Below are positions 1 to 12,196 of a stretch of 53,317 bases of DNA, piece by piece; the stretch's first letter is position 1, and every line of letters begins with the position of its first letter. Source of the DNA: Kipferlia bialata. Its lineage: Eukaryota. The notes below the pieces were generated by a model that was not told the origin of the DNA, did not search any database, and was given only the letters and a program-made list of their open reading frames with translations. The stretch covers positions 1 to 53,317 of the forward strand of contig BDIP01000004.1 of the NCBI GenBank assembly GCA_003568945.1, read 5' to 3'. The position numbers were made by a program, and so were the translations under genes.

Positions 1-59
<59 letters not shown>

Positions 60-70
60 CATATATAGAT
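1..70. repeat. (CT)n(TA)n microsatellite
   Basis: Directly visible. Similar tracts occur in most introns of the window. Confidence 0.95.
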
Positions 71-76
71 ATATAG

Positions 77-1353
77 GAAAAGACGAAGAGCAGGTGCTTG
101 GTTGATGAGTATCTTGATAAATATGAATACTCATCAATATATACGAACACAAGTATCCAGGCGTGTTTGTAAATTTTGGGGAGACCAGTGTAAATGATGT
201 TCATCCCATGTATGTCTACTACTTCCTCGATAGTGTCTTAGTCTCTATCTACGAAACATATATATATAAGAGAATATATGTATACATATGAGTGTATATA
301 TTGTATTTATGTATATATACATATGTATATACACCTAACTATACAAGGACGATGGCACTGCCCCTGAAGTCGATAACTCCCCCCCCCCCCTCTCTCTATT
401 TTTATATGTGAGGATCCTCCCCGTTGTATACACACTAACTCTGTCAGGCCGAAGGCCCGTCCCCTGATGTCTCTGAACCAGGCCATCCACAAGCAGAGCC
501 AGAGAGACTATGCGGAGAGGTAGAGATAATACATTGGTATATATATAGATATATATATATCAATGTAGGTGTGTTGGAGAGTGAACAATATATACATCAG
601 CATATATAGAATGTGACCCGCCTTCCCGCTTCCTGTTAGTTTCATCCACCTGTCTCACTCTTTGTTTCCGATGACTATAATGTATACGTTAGGGGTGGAG
701 TTCTCTCACACACACACATACACACACTATATGTATATATATATACTATACATATATACTCATCTTACTATCAGCTCTGACGACTCTGATACCCAGTATG
801 GTAGAGACTTAGAGTAGTCTCTCTCTCTGTCTCTAATTCACTACCTATCTCTAACCCTCCAGTTCCGATGACTCCGATGCCCATGGCAGGGATGATGTCG
901 AAGAGGAGGCGGGGGCAGAGGCAGATGTCCTGTTCGACAAGAGGTACGCTGTATGTTGTGGTATACACATACATATCTAGATAGTATACATATCCAGATA
1001 GTATACAGTATCATAGTTGGAAGAGGAGGTAGGTGCTGACCCCTCTATCAGTCTATTTGTCACAAATGGACCGTCTGATTCCCATACACTTTACTTCTTA
1101 CCCCTCAGGCGCTATACATCCAAGGGACTAGAGGTCGAGCAGAGGCTGACCCAGGTACTCCGATATGTGTGTATGGATCAGAACAGCTATTCTCTAATCT
1201 CCTCATTGTTTGTCTTCTGAGGGTCAGCATTCATACTGCTTGCTCTGTTATGACACATATCAGATACATATCAAAGGAGAGGTATCTATTTCTATTGTAT
1301 GTTCCTCTTCTTACCATCAGGATGAGCTAGATATGGCCTCGGACACAGACTAA
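77..1353 (+). CDS. 3' part of a multi-exon hypothetical acidic protein (5' end outside window)
   Basis: Short exons with GT/AG boundaries: ~448-520 (PKARPLMSLNQAIHKQSQRDYAER), ~862-942 (SDDSDAHGRDDVEEEAGAEADVLFDKR), ~1110-1155 (RYTSKGLEVEQRLTQ), 1321-1353 (DELDMASDTD*). No recognisable domain. Confidence 0.45.
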
Positions 1354-1928
1354 TGTGATCCTTGGTTTTGCCCATATACCTGGATACATTGCGTCCCCTC
1401 CTGTATTCTCCATTTGCAGTCATTCAGTGGGGGAAGACCCACATGCCCATGCGACTTCATCTCTGTGGACCCAAGGGATATATGGTTTTGGAATCAGAAT
1501 TGTGTGTGAGGCTAGAGAGAGCAGGAGGAGAGTTCAAGAGGGCAATTAAGGAACGTTGAGTGGTAGTCTTATGTCTTCAGTTTCCGAGACCTGCTGTATA
1601 TCGTGAGACTTGTGCTATCGTCCATGTCTCTGTTTGTATTGTTTCAATACTGACGATCTCTAGGCTTTGGTTTACATTTCATCTTTGAGACAACGTGTCA
1701 CAGACAATATACTCGTTTTAGAGAATTGGTTCTCAGTAGTTGTTACATTATTACAGTATATACTATAGATTTATTATAAAACCTCATGGATCAATGCATT
1801 CAAAAATTACACCCCTATTGTCACACAGTAGTTGGTATCGAATTTACTTGTGAGTCCCAATGTCCTTGGGACCCAAGGATTCTGGTGTTGAGTAATGGTC
1901 CAATCATACAGGATACAATACCTCCCAA

Positions 1929-3950
1929 CTAGAGAAACAACTTCTCGATGAAGAGCTGCAGATCGCAGTCATTATGGCTCATAGAGTCAAACAGAGCTCC
2001 AACTAGTCTGTGACGCTCATCAACCTCCAAGCGAGCTCTGGCAATGGAAGCGGCCCCCATGTACAGAAAGTCTCGCACCACAGCCACGACTGGTACACAC
2101 GAGACAGAAGCCACAAGAAGAATCCAGTCTGCTAACATACGCCACTCTGTGACCCCATCCGACTCCCTGGCTTGTAGAACCCTTGAATTAGGATCCTCAA
2201 ATTCATCAGCAATGTGTGTGAAGAAGTCTTCTACTTCTGGCTCCGATGAGAGCTGTAGTCTCTCTCGGACCTCATCAATGTCCCCATCGTCAAAGAGATA
2301 CTGCAATGAGAATAATGGATCCGTGTCCTTGGGGGCCAAAACCTGTTCCACTCTGCGACTGGAAATCAGGTCAGTCAGTGCAGGAGGGTCATCCTCTCCA
2401 GATCTTCTATACAGAGACACAAGTGAGCCACTCTGAGGCGTGTCAAGTGGGTCTTTGAGTGGGTCACACACGCACCCTAGTAGACCAAGGGTGTCGTATG
2501 TTTGATCATCGGGGCCACAACACTCGGTGGTAATATCTGTGCTATCAGACGTGGAGTTGTGGAGAGTGAACTGGTGGCGAAAAGAAGGCAGGTGTGCAGG
2601 GGCCGATACGCAAGTCTCACAGCCATAGAAGGCTATATGGCCATCGAGTAAGTTCTCGGCTGTTGCAACAGGAAGTATGCAAGAGTCCACTATAACCCAT
2701 GGACCCTTCTCCGCTAGGAGCAGAAAGCCCCCTAGCACTCTTTCGAGTATCTGAGGAGCGTTTCTCTGCACATCACCACTGATGAGGACATACGGTGGAC
2801 AGTCACTACCAAACAGCCGTTGCAGTGCGGTAGCAACGTTCGCTTCAGTCGTGATAGCCTTGTGTTGTAGTGTCACATGGGCACTCTCATCAGGTATCGA
2901 CCCCCCCGCATGACTCCCTAAGGCGTGTTCAGACCCATGGTGAGGGAGCTTAAACAGCACACAGGTTGGAGTTGTCGTACCAGTCTTGTATGCCCCTCTA
3001 AAGTCTGAATGGAACTGTCTCCACACAGTGTAGTCAGCATCCGAGGGAAGAAGGAAGTACTGTCCCCGGACACCATCTGTCTTGTGGACGATGACTGTCG
3101 TTGAGTGGTCATTGGCAGGAGTAGTACCAGACATCTTAGACTTGGTGTCTTCCCAATGCAGTAACACAGACACAGTACTTGGGCTGGTAGTAGATTCGCT
3201 GACCCATTGGAGGATGCAAGATGTGTCTGATAAGGAACCAGGAGGAACCACATTCTCGATGTGCGTCACATGCGGGCTAGAATCCGACCTCATCTTGACG
3301 ACAGCAGTCTCCTTGGGGTGCTTGTCACACCACTTAGGTGGAAAGTTAAGAATCACGGCAGGCACATCACTCTTAACCTGTGGAGTGTCTGATCTGTCTC
3401 CAGCTGGAACCTCAAACATGACCCTATCTCGGACAGTAACCTCAGCCCACTCCAGTAGTTCAGGGAGGTATCTAATGTGATCACTGTCCTCGTGAGAAAT
3501 CGATATGCGAAGAAGAACAGGGTTCGGACTGCCGTCATCCCTTATGACGGCTGCGTTTCTGAGGGCATGGTCTAGATGTGGTTGATACCGATTGGTAAAC
3601 ACACGAGTAGCAGCGCGGCGTGCTCCCGCCCCAGCATCAATGATGAGCATCCATCCCCCACCAGCAACATATATGGTGAACATGTCTCCACTGAGTCCAA
3701 GAGACCTCCATCCATTCTTCTCTCGTCCAAAGACGGATGAGCAAACCAACTGACCCGTCTCAGGCTCTATGGTGATGCGGTGTGACCTCATCAAGGGAGC
3801 GGCTCTGGAGAGGTCACGTGTCTCCAACCTACCACACACGTAGTTCTGGTCTAAGCAGTAGACGTTCAATACCCTGTCCTCTCGGAAGAGCACTACCTTG
3901 TGACTCATGGGGAGCAGGGACATTCTCTGAATTATTAATATAGTGGACAT
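1929..3950 (-). CDS. ComEC/Rec2-like metallo-beta-lactamase-fold hydrolase with C-terminal helical extension
   Basis: 673-aa uninterrupted ORF with MBL motifs in the expected order: LIIDAG, ISHEDSDH (HxDxDH variant of HxHxDH), ANDHS, LLPSDAD, FKLPHHGS, VLISG. An acceptor near 3927 and an open exon at ~4008-4110 suggest 1-2 small upstream exons. Confidence 0.75.
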   Translation of the reverse strand: MSTILIIQRMSLLPMSHKVVLFREDRVLNVYCLDQNYVCGRLETRDLSRAAPLMRSHRITIEPETGQLVCSSVFGREKNGWRSLGLSGDMFTIYVAGGGWMLIIDAGAGARRAATRVFTNRYQPHLDHALRNAAVIRDDGSPNPVLLRISISHEDSDHIRYLPELLEWAEVTVRDRVMFEVPAGDRSDTPQVKSDVPAVILNFPPKWCDKHPKETAVVKMRSDSSPHVTHIENVVPPGSLSDTSCILQWVSESTTSPSTVSVLLHWEDTKSKMSGTTPANDHSTTVIVHKTDGVRGQYFLLPSDADYTVWRQFHSDFRGAYKTGTTTPTCVLFKLPHHGSEHALGSHAGGSIPDESAHVTLQHKAITTEANVATALQRLFGSDCPPYVLISGDVQRNAPQILERVLGGFLLLAEKGPWVIVDSCILPVATAENLLDGHIAFYGCETCVSAPAHLPSFRHQFTLHNSTSDSTDITTECCGPDDQTYDTLGLLGCVCDPLKDPLDTPQSGSLVSLYRRSGEDDPPALTDLISSRRVEQVLAPKDTDPLFSLQYLFDDGDIDEVRERLQLSSEPEVEDFFTHIADEFEDPNSRVLQARESDGVTEWRMLADWILLVASVSCVPVVAVVRDFLYMGAASIARARLEVDERHRLVGALFDSMSHNDCDLQLFIEKLFL

Positions 3951-4535
3951 GATATAGTCATATACACAGTATTCCTATACATGAAACCCATGTGCAGACA
4001 TATGTGTACCTGCATAGGAGCAAAGGATTCACTCGAAACCGTCTGAGGCTGTATCTCGCCAACACTCCACCATATGAGCCGGGAGCGAGTAACGCCTCCT
4101 TTGGTATAGCCTGTACCATGTTAATATTACTGGGATACAAATGGGACCAATCCTATTGATATCCCCAACGATATAGTCATGGCGCATGTCCATATAGTGG
4201 GACTACACATGAAAGAGAACATGTAGCACTACCTGTGTTACAGGTCATGAATTCTCCTTCTTCACCAGGCCAGACGACACCAGAGACATACCCCTTGCGT
4301 CAGAACTCGCTGAGAGGAATAGAATTAGTCCACAAGACAACAAATGCTCACCTGAGCTGCATCATGGGCATATTCATGCACGTCTCCAGATTCAATACTG
4401 ACCGACAAGAGAGTGTTGCCGTAGTATAGCACAACTGTGTCTCTGATATTAGGAATTGGGGTGGTGGGGGGGGGGGGGGGGGGGGGGGGTGGGGGGCCCC
4501 CCCCCCCCTATCTGTTCTCTCTAACTGACCCTCAG

Positions 4536-7500
4536 ACACATCCACATGCTACACGTCTCCTCTTCCGTGCCCACCAGTGGCGATGGGTGCACACTGGTGG
4601 TGGGCAGCCGGGGCCATCTCTCCCTGCTGTCCTTCTGTCCCTCTTCCTCTTCCTCTGACCCCCTCTCCCTCACACACTCCTCCGACACAGACCTGTCTCT
4701 GTGGCCGCTGGATGCCATTATGGGTATGTGCATATCTTCATTTATATATATATACCCATAGATATCCCTCCATATCTTATGCCTCAGCCTCTGATGGCAC
4801 CCTGACCGTTGCCAGTGCAGACAGTACAGTGAGGGTATATGTACCTACCATACCCTCAGACTCTGCCACGGGGGAGATACTCTCTCTCACTCCCACACGT
4901 TCTGTGAGGCATGGCCTACATACCGCATTCAGTGCACACATAGTACCCTCACCACACCCTGGTAACAACCTGGGTCCTATTGTGTGCTTTGGTACTGTTA
5001 GGGGTGGTGTCTGCGCCGCATATGCCTTTCAGGAGCCCTACACACCTGTCCACTTCCCATGCCCTGGTGCTGGGGCCATAGTGGACATCGCATACAGAGA
5101 GGGTGTAGAGCATGTTAGGGAGGGACGGGGAGATGGAGATAGTGTGACAAGTTCACCCCTGACCACCTTGCTACTAGTGTCAGAGGGCAAGGCTGCCTTT
5201 ACAGTGGAGCTAGGCACCACCTCCCACTCTCTCTCCCTCTCTGCTCTCTCCTCTGTCACCCTCGGCCACCTGTCTACAACTAGACCCTTCAGAGGGTGCT
5301 TCTGTGCCAGTGGGTGTGTGATTGGGGCGGAAGATGGGAGTGTGATGCTATGGGATAGCACGGGAGGGGAGACAAGGGTGGTGTGCCCTAGCACTGGGCT
5401 GAGTGTGTGGGGTTTGTGCTCTCTCTCCCAGTCTAACCAGGTGGTGGTGTGTGGGGAGGCCGGGGTGGATAAGGTGAGGGTGGGTGCTAATGGACATGAG
5501 CTGACCACCCCCATACCCACCAAGCAGTGTGCTGACCCCTCTATCCTCACTCTCAACAGCCATGTACAGGGGGTGTTCAGCATACCCTCAGACGCCACCG
5601 GGACATACCTCCTCACACACTCAGACCTGTATAGGGTGGACAGTGGGTCAGGGTCTCTTAGCCACCATATGTGCATCAACATGGAGGGTGAGAGAGAGAA
5701 GGCCGGGAGGGTGAAGTCCTGGGACACGAAGGGAGATATGCTGTGTGTAGGGACTATTGGAGGGTCTGTGGTGTATGTCCACATACCTAGTCTGGGCATG
5801 GTGTCAGTGCCGGTGTGCACAGGTAGACCTGTACTCTCTGTGGTATGTGGGTTCATGGGAGGGAGGGAGAGGGAGAGAGAGTGTGACACAGTGGCACAGA
5901 CGGCAGGAAAGGCACCTGTGCTCATACCTGTGCCACATATACCGCAAGACACACCGGCTGATATCACTATGGACACAGACCATCCCATACCCACACCCTT
6001 TAGCTATACGTCTAGTGCACCCACCCCATCTACCTCTCTGTCCTATGTGAGGGTCAACCCAGAGGGTGGGTGGGTGCTCTCTCCCAAGAGACTAAGCACA
6101 AAGGGGCTCTTGCTGTCTGGGGGGTGTTCACTGGGTGTATGGGATGGGAGTGTACCCATCTCCATCCTTATCTACAGGGGTGGGATTGTGGGTGCATTCA
6201 CTGCACCCACACCTGAAGACGATACCCCTCACCTACTTTCTATGGTCCAGCCCCTAGCTGCCAAGAGCCCCGCCATCCACAGTGTGTGTGGGGTGACCAT
6301 ACCTCTACCAAGAGACACTACTAACGGAACCTCTGATGCCTGTAGGAACTGTAGACACTGGCTGTGCCTGGCTGACACCGCCCACTCCCAGCTGGTGTTC
6401 CTCGCCTACCACTCCTCTGACCCCACTCTCCCCCCATCCCGCTCTGCCCTACCCCTGTCCTTCTCCCCCATGCACGTATCCTATGACTGTGAGGCATGTA
6501 CCCTGGGTGTGTCTGGGTTCAGGGGAGGGGACTTCCACCACGTCGACCTCCCCTGTGTAGAGACATCCTCTCTATCACCCGCCTCTCCCCCCTTCCTCCC
6601 CACCCCGTCTGCGTCTCTCTCTGCCAAGGGGCATAACCCCAAGTCCTCTCTCTGGACTTACAGACCGAGTGACTTGCAGGGTACAGGTGTGTTTGCCCAG
6701 GTCTCCTCTGATACCCTCAGGACAGTATACTGCCCCAGGGTGTGTGTGGAGAGGGTGGATAGGGGCATAGGCCTGGCTGAGTTGGCAGGGTCTGTAGCTG
6801 TTAAGGGTGCAGATGGTGTGGAGAGAGTGGCCGTGGTGGGAGAGAGGGGAGCAACGGTGTCTGTCATTGAAGTATCCACTCCTAGAGATGCGGTGTGTCC
6901 ACCCTCCCTCGTATTTGCTGCCTCCCACCTAGGTCCTGCCAGTATGAAGAGTGTGGCGGTGTACTATCCTAGGGAGAGTGGTACTGATGTATCAGCAGAC
7001 CCTGTTCTATTTGTAGGTGGTGCCAACGGGTACCTCTCTGCGTTCTCTCTAGCCACCTCCCCTACCTACCTCTCCCCTGTATGTGAGTGCCACTACACAG
7101 CCCTAGTGAGAGAGAGAGAGAGACAGGATGCCGTGCAGGCCAGAGTGACTGCTCTGTGTGTGATACCTGTGCAGGAGGGGTGTCTACTCCTGGCAGGCAC
7201 ATCCATCAGACAGATAGTAGTATATGCCTACCACCATGCCCTGTCACGTATGGTGAGGATGGCTGTGGTGCCTGTCGATGGTGTGGTCAGGAGGGTAGGG
7301 GTCTGTGGGTCTGTGTCTGAGGCTGGTGTGACTGTGTGTGCCGGTACCACCCAGGGGGCATACACAATGCACCTCCCACCCCACTTCCTCAGACCCTTTG
7401 GCTACACGATGAGACAGATTGGCAGTGGCCTCACCTTCCGTGACATGCAGCCCAAGGGCATGGCCTCCCTAGAGTGGGCGGACCTGTTTGACCTTGGTGG

Positions 7501-8017
7501 GTGTGACACCACCCTCTCCCTCACCCCCTTCCCCCAGACAGAGGGGTGCAAGAGATATGGAGGTGTCAATGACATACTCCACGGTGAGTTGGATGGGGTG
7601 GGTGTGTTTGCACTTGCCACTGACAGCGGCACTCTGCTTACGTGTAAGGGTAGAGTGGAGGGTGGGGTGACGGTACCCTCAGGCCCCATGTCCCATACCC
7701 GCATATCATCCACTGCTCTGCGGTCAGTATGCGTGGCACCCTCTAGTGCTGGGGTGGATACTCCGCCCTCCCTGCTCTGTTCCTCATGGGACGAGGAGGT
7801 GGTGCAGCTAGAGCTCACACCCTCACCCTCTTACACAGAGAGTGATGTAGGTGTATCAGTATGCATTAGGCAGAGGGTGCCTGTTGGGGTTGGGTTTGCT
7901 AATTCCCTCGTGACCCTACCTGTCTCCCCCTACCCCTCTGTAAGTGCATCTAGTGCACCCCAGTGCCAGGTGTGTGTGGCAGGGAGGGGTCTTGGTGTAG
8001 TGACTCTGGCGCTGTAA
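4536..8017 (+). CDS. WD40 beta-propeller protein, WDR6/Trm734-like (5' end uncertain)
   Basis: Exon 4536-4723 splices (G|gt...gcctcag|CC) to a 3.2-kb exon 4788-8017. Motif order FSAHI..VCFGTVRGGV, LGH..RPF, IGAEDGSVMLWD, SVWGL..VVCGE, LFVGGANG, QARVTAL, SSWDEEV resembles WDR6/Trm734 (by recall, not searched). Confidence 0.6.
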
Positions 8018-8331
8018 GGTGTCTGGTTGCTGTCACCCGTTCTTTTGTCATATGGCCTTACTATTGTTATCGTTTGCTATGTTTGTGTTCTTTACTGTGA
8101 TGGGTTCAGGTTTTCTGTTGTTCAGGAAGGTAATAGAGATGACTCTGATTGATTGGAGCACAACGCTAGACAGAAAGTGAACCCTTAGAACAGAAAGCGC
8201 GTCTGAAACGTCAAGATACGATACGCAGCTTGCAATGCAAGACACTTATCGATATTAAAACTGTGTGTTCAGTGATTGAAAGGCATTGATATTGAGCAGT
8301 GACCTTAGTAGGCTTGCGGTTCACCTTGCAG

Positions 8332-9321
8332 ATGTCGGCTGTGCCTAGGGTTGAGAGAGAGAAGGCGGAGAGAGAGAGAGCCGAGTGGTCAAAGGCTGTC
8401 ATCGAGAACCTCGGCATTGACTGCGACAGCGACAGCGAGTGCGAGAGCGATTGTGGAACTGAGGACCGGATGAGATATGTGAGGCTGAAGTTCTTCAGTC
8501 GGAGACAGATTGCTATATGGTATGTCGGACATAGAGGACAAACTATGTCCTCTTCTGATTCATTGAGTACATGCACATACATATAGTCAATATCAGGTTG
8601 ATTCTCAATCCTCTTTTCTCACTCCTAGCCTCAAGGTGCTGGCGGATGCCCCTGAGCCTCTTCTAACCCTCTCCCACACGCAGCGGGAAGTTATGGAGCT
8701 GTGGTTGTGGGACGGAGAGGAAATAGAGAAGTCTATCAAGTCCAGGTGAGATACTGATACAGACACTCAGTATGTTGGTATAGTATAGTAGTATAGTAGT
8801 TTAGGAGTATATGTACATATATACACTACCTTTGGAACAATAATATAACAATTATTCGGAGATCGTGTACATGGAGTGAAGTGCATTGTGTTTGGTGTAG
8901 TCTTAGTAGTGTATGCTTACCCCAGTGAGGAACTAGATGAGTACGTACGGCTCTCTCTTGAGCACAAGATGGCCCCAAAGGTCGGTATTCTGTCATCCTA
9001 CCAGTAATCATACGTTGAGTGTCATTCTATCACACCTGATATACACTGTTGGCTTTACATTCTATAATTCACGTGTGTCAGCTATACTCTTTGTCATCCC
9101 ATGTGTATATATCTATTACCATAATTCTGAATTCCTCTAAGTGCATATGTATACCTTTACGCCAGAGTCTATACATGGCCCTGGCCGTTGGGGAACGTAA
9201 GTATGGCAACCCTCTGCTAGCAGAGACAGTGGACGAGGGTAGGAAGATTATGCTTCAAATATACTCACCAATGAAGAAGCTGATGAGGGGGATGATCAAC
9301 AACGGCTTGCTGGGTCCTTAA
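8332..9321 (+). CDS. hypothetical multi-exon protein
   Basis: Exons ~8332-8519 (MSAVPRVEREKAER...), ~8629-8744 (LKVLADAPEPLL...) and ~9165-9321 (...MRGMINNGLLGP*), with GT/AG boundaries. Internal structure uncertain. Confidence 0.45.
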
Positions 9322-9594
9322 TGAGTGCGCTATAAATGCAATTGTTTGCTGGTATCTGCTTCTTGCCGACAGTACCCTTAATTCAATATCTCTCGATAAT
9401 GGTAACCATGAATATAACTCTCTGGATATGCCTACAGACTGTCCCTCCATTGAACCCTAAAACTATGTCCCTAGATCTACCACTATGTGTTACTCAGTAC
9501 TCAGGTATATAACGTCTATTCTATAAATGATATCCAACTACTGTCTCCACTCCACCTGACAGACATAGCACATGCTGTCCCCACACAGACTGTC

Positions 9595-12081
9595 TTAGAA
9601 GAATGCCGTGTCCCTAGCATCGTACTGCTGCTGCACCACTCTGAATGCATGCTGGGCCGCAATGCCGCCGAACTGGGTAACAACCACCTTGCACACGGAC
9701 GCATTGACAATGTCGTTGAGAGGGACCAGAGGGTTCATGCCGCCGTGGGAGTCAACACCCGCATGGCCGGAGAGCAATAGCTCAGGGGGGGCGAAGGAGA
9801 CAAGCCTGGAGTGAGAGGAGTACAGAGAAAGTGTAATTTATATATACACACATGTTATAATTAGTCCTTGTTGTATGCAAGGGTACCTGGCTGGGTCTGC
9901 GAGGCCTGGGCTGAGCCTGTAACTGCCGGAGAGTGCAACCACAGGGACGCAGTTGGCCATGGCAGCTGAGGCGATGACTGCGGCACCTGCCTTGCAGAAG
10001 AGATCGCCGTTGAGGAACACACACTCTGGCTGCACAATCACCTGGGGTCAGGGGGGGAGTTTCTACCTATACATTCATAATACTTGAGTACTACGTTAGA
10101 TCCCCCTACCATGCTGACCCTTACCATGAATGTACCTACCTTGCCATAGTAAACATCCATACATGCACTGTATACATATATATGTATGAAAACACATATG
10201 TACCTTGGTGACCCTTGCCATGAATGCATATGAGGTGGCGTCTGGGATCAGCACCACACTCATCTTCTCTGCCTCTGGCTCAGCATTGGCCTGGTTGGGG
10301 TGCCTGACACTGCCCTTGCCCTTGGGTCTCACAGGGGCACCGCCTGGGGGTAAGAAACATATATGTATATATATACAAGTATATATATATATATATGGCA
10401 GAGCCCTTGGGCCGGATAGGCGCACCGCTGGGGTGAGACATAACATGCATAAACACACTAACACTAATGTCAGTAGTAAGATGGGAATACTAATATACCT
10501 ACTGGGTGTGTGAGTGCTCTGACCATGGCGTGTCCATCTCTCTCTCTCTCTCTCTCTACATACAGGATACTATATATCAATACTATATAATAATAATACC
10601 TGCTGGGTTTGTGAGTGCTCTGACCATAGCATGTCCATCGTAGAAAGGTGCCCTCTCGCACACCACCACTGTGAAGCGCCTGGTCTTGGCTGCAAAGCGG
10701 AGGAACTCAGCCACCACCTCAGAGTAGCCAACAGTGAGTACAATGTCATCACTGGGGTCAGAATATATAAAGAAATAATACAGGTATTAATATAGATACA
10801 CATATATATATATATTTATAGAGAGAGAGAGGCAGTGAGCACTGGGGTCAAAAGAGAGAGAGAGAGAGAACGACGAAGGAAGAGAGAGAGAGAGAGAGAG
10901 ACCTACCTGTGGATGTGCTCGAGTGAGTACTTGGCAATGTCCCTGGCCTCAGACCTGATATCAGTATAAGTATCAGTATCATATATAATAGATACTGATA
11001 CTTATGGCATTGATACTGATACTGATACTGATACTGTTACTGGCCTCAGACCTGATGGTCTCGCTGAAGGTGTCGCAGGCCTCAACCATCTGGGCCTTGG
11101 CGTCTGGGGGGTCAGGACACTCTTACTCACGTCTGTAGAATGTGATGAATATACGTGGCCACATACCGAGGTCGAGCCTTTGGAAGTTGTCCTTTCTCTT
11201 GCTGGAGGCAATGTCAAAGCGGTCCCTGGGGGTGAGGGGCACTCCATTGATAGTGAAATAGTATAATATATTGACTGCCATAATATAGTGACTGCCACTA
11301 TATATACACAGTGCATCCACACCTGAGCGTGGGGTTGAGCACGAGGGGTGTGTCTGAGCCCTCCATGACATCATACTCCTCCTTCAGTCTCAGCAGCACA
11401 GACAGGCACACGTTGCCAACAATCACAGCTGGGGGTTAGGAGAGCGTGAAAGAGAGACAGAGACATGTTGCCCACAATCACAGACGTGGGTTGAGGCAGA
11501 ATGAGGGGAGAGGAGAAGGGACACACACACAGAGAGAGAGAGAGCAGCTGCGTACTGTGTGGGGCTGCACTCTGCAGGGCGTGTCCCGTCTGCTTGACAA
11601 CCTCCAGAAGGAGCACAATGAGCTTAACCCTGAGATCAGTTAGGAGTATATACATATTGGATACACGAATTCAGTTCTCAATTTAGTACCTTGACACCCT
11701 GATCAGGTGTCTGAGGAATGCCACTGTCATACATATACACTGCCTATAGCATATACATATATAGAATATCACACACTTCATAGTACTCATTGAATACTCC
11801 ATCGTACCTTGATACTCTGATCAGGTGCCTGAGGAATGCCACTGTCTGCAGGGCCACCTCCTTGGAGGTGGTGAAGGCATCGCGCTGCAGCCTGAGGGGT
11901 TAGACAGCATATATGAGTGTCATCATTAATACATATGTAATAATAGGGGAGGGGGGGGGGGGTAGGGTCACTCAAATACCAGACCAAGTGACTACATGAT
12001 TGCAATGATATGTGTATGTTCCACCCACCTCAGGAAGAGACTGGCGAACTCATTGCTGAGCTCGGGCAGTGACCCAAAGGA
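9595..12081 (-). CDS. EIF2B2: translation initiation factor eIF2B beta subunit (no start codon of its own found)
   Basis: Spliced exons give LPELSNEFASLFLRLQRDAFTTSKEVALQTVAFLRHLI, APHTVIVGNVCLSVLLRLKEE, VVLIPDATSYAFMARVTKV, VFLNGDLFCKAGAAVIASAA...PVVALSGSYRLSP and NPLVPLNDIV...TQFGGIAAQHAFRVVQQQYD. These match GCD7/EIF2B2 signature segments. Confidence 0.88.
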
Positions 12082-12196
12082 CTGATGTGAGTGGGGGGGG
12101 GGGGGGGGGGGGGGGAGATTTAAAATGGGGGGGGGAATCCACACAGTGTACTTATATATATATATATATATACTCCACTGTATACTATAGCCATAC

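Noticed and set aside
4235..4429. 64-aa plus-strand ORF as the first WDR6 exon
   Set aside because: No convincing in-phase donor, and the region shows a minus-strand intron signature instead.
1560..4460. Transposon carrying the MBL gene
   Set aside because: No terminal repeats, target-site duplication or transposase seen; only a small palindrome near 1863-1879.
10960..11040. (GATACT)n repeats as telomeric or regulatory element
   Set aside because: Short intronic microsatellite, also at ~42080 and ~48900, with no other support.
11457..11500. PQPTSVIVGNM as the eIF2B-beta coding motif
   Set aside because: It lies in the intron as a degenerate copy. The in-phase exon starting ~11430 (VIVGNVCLSV) is the coding one.
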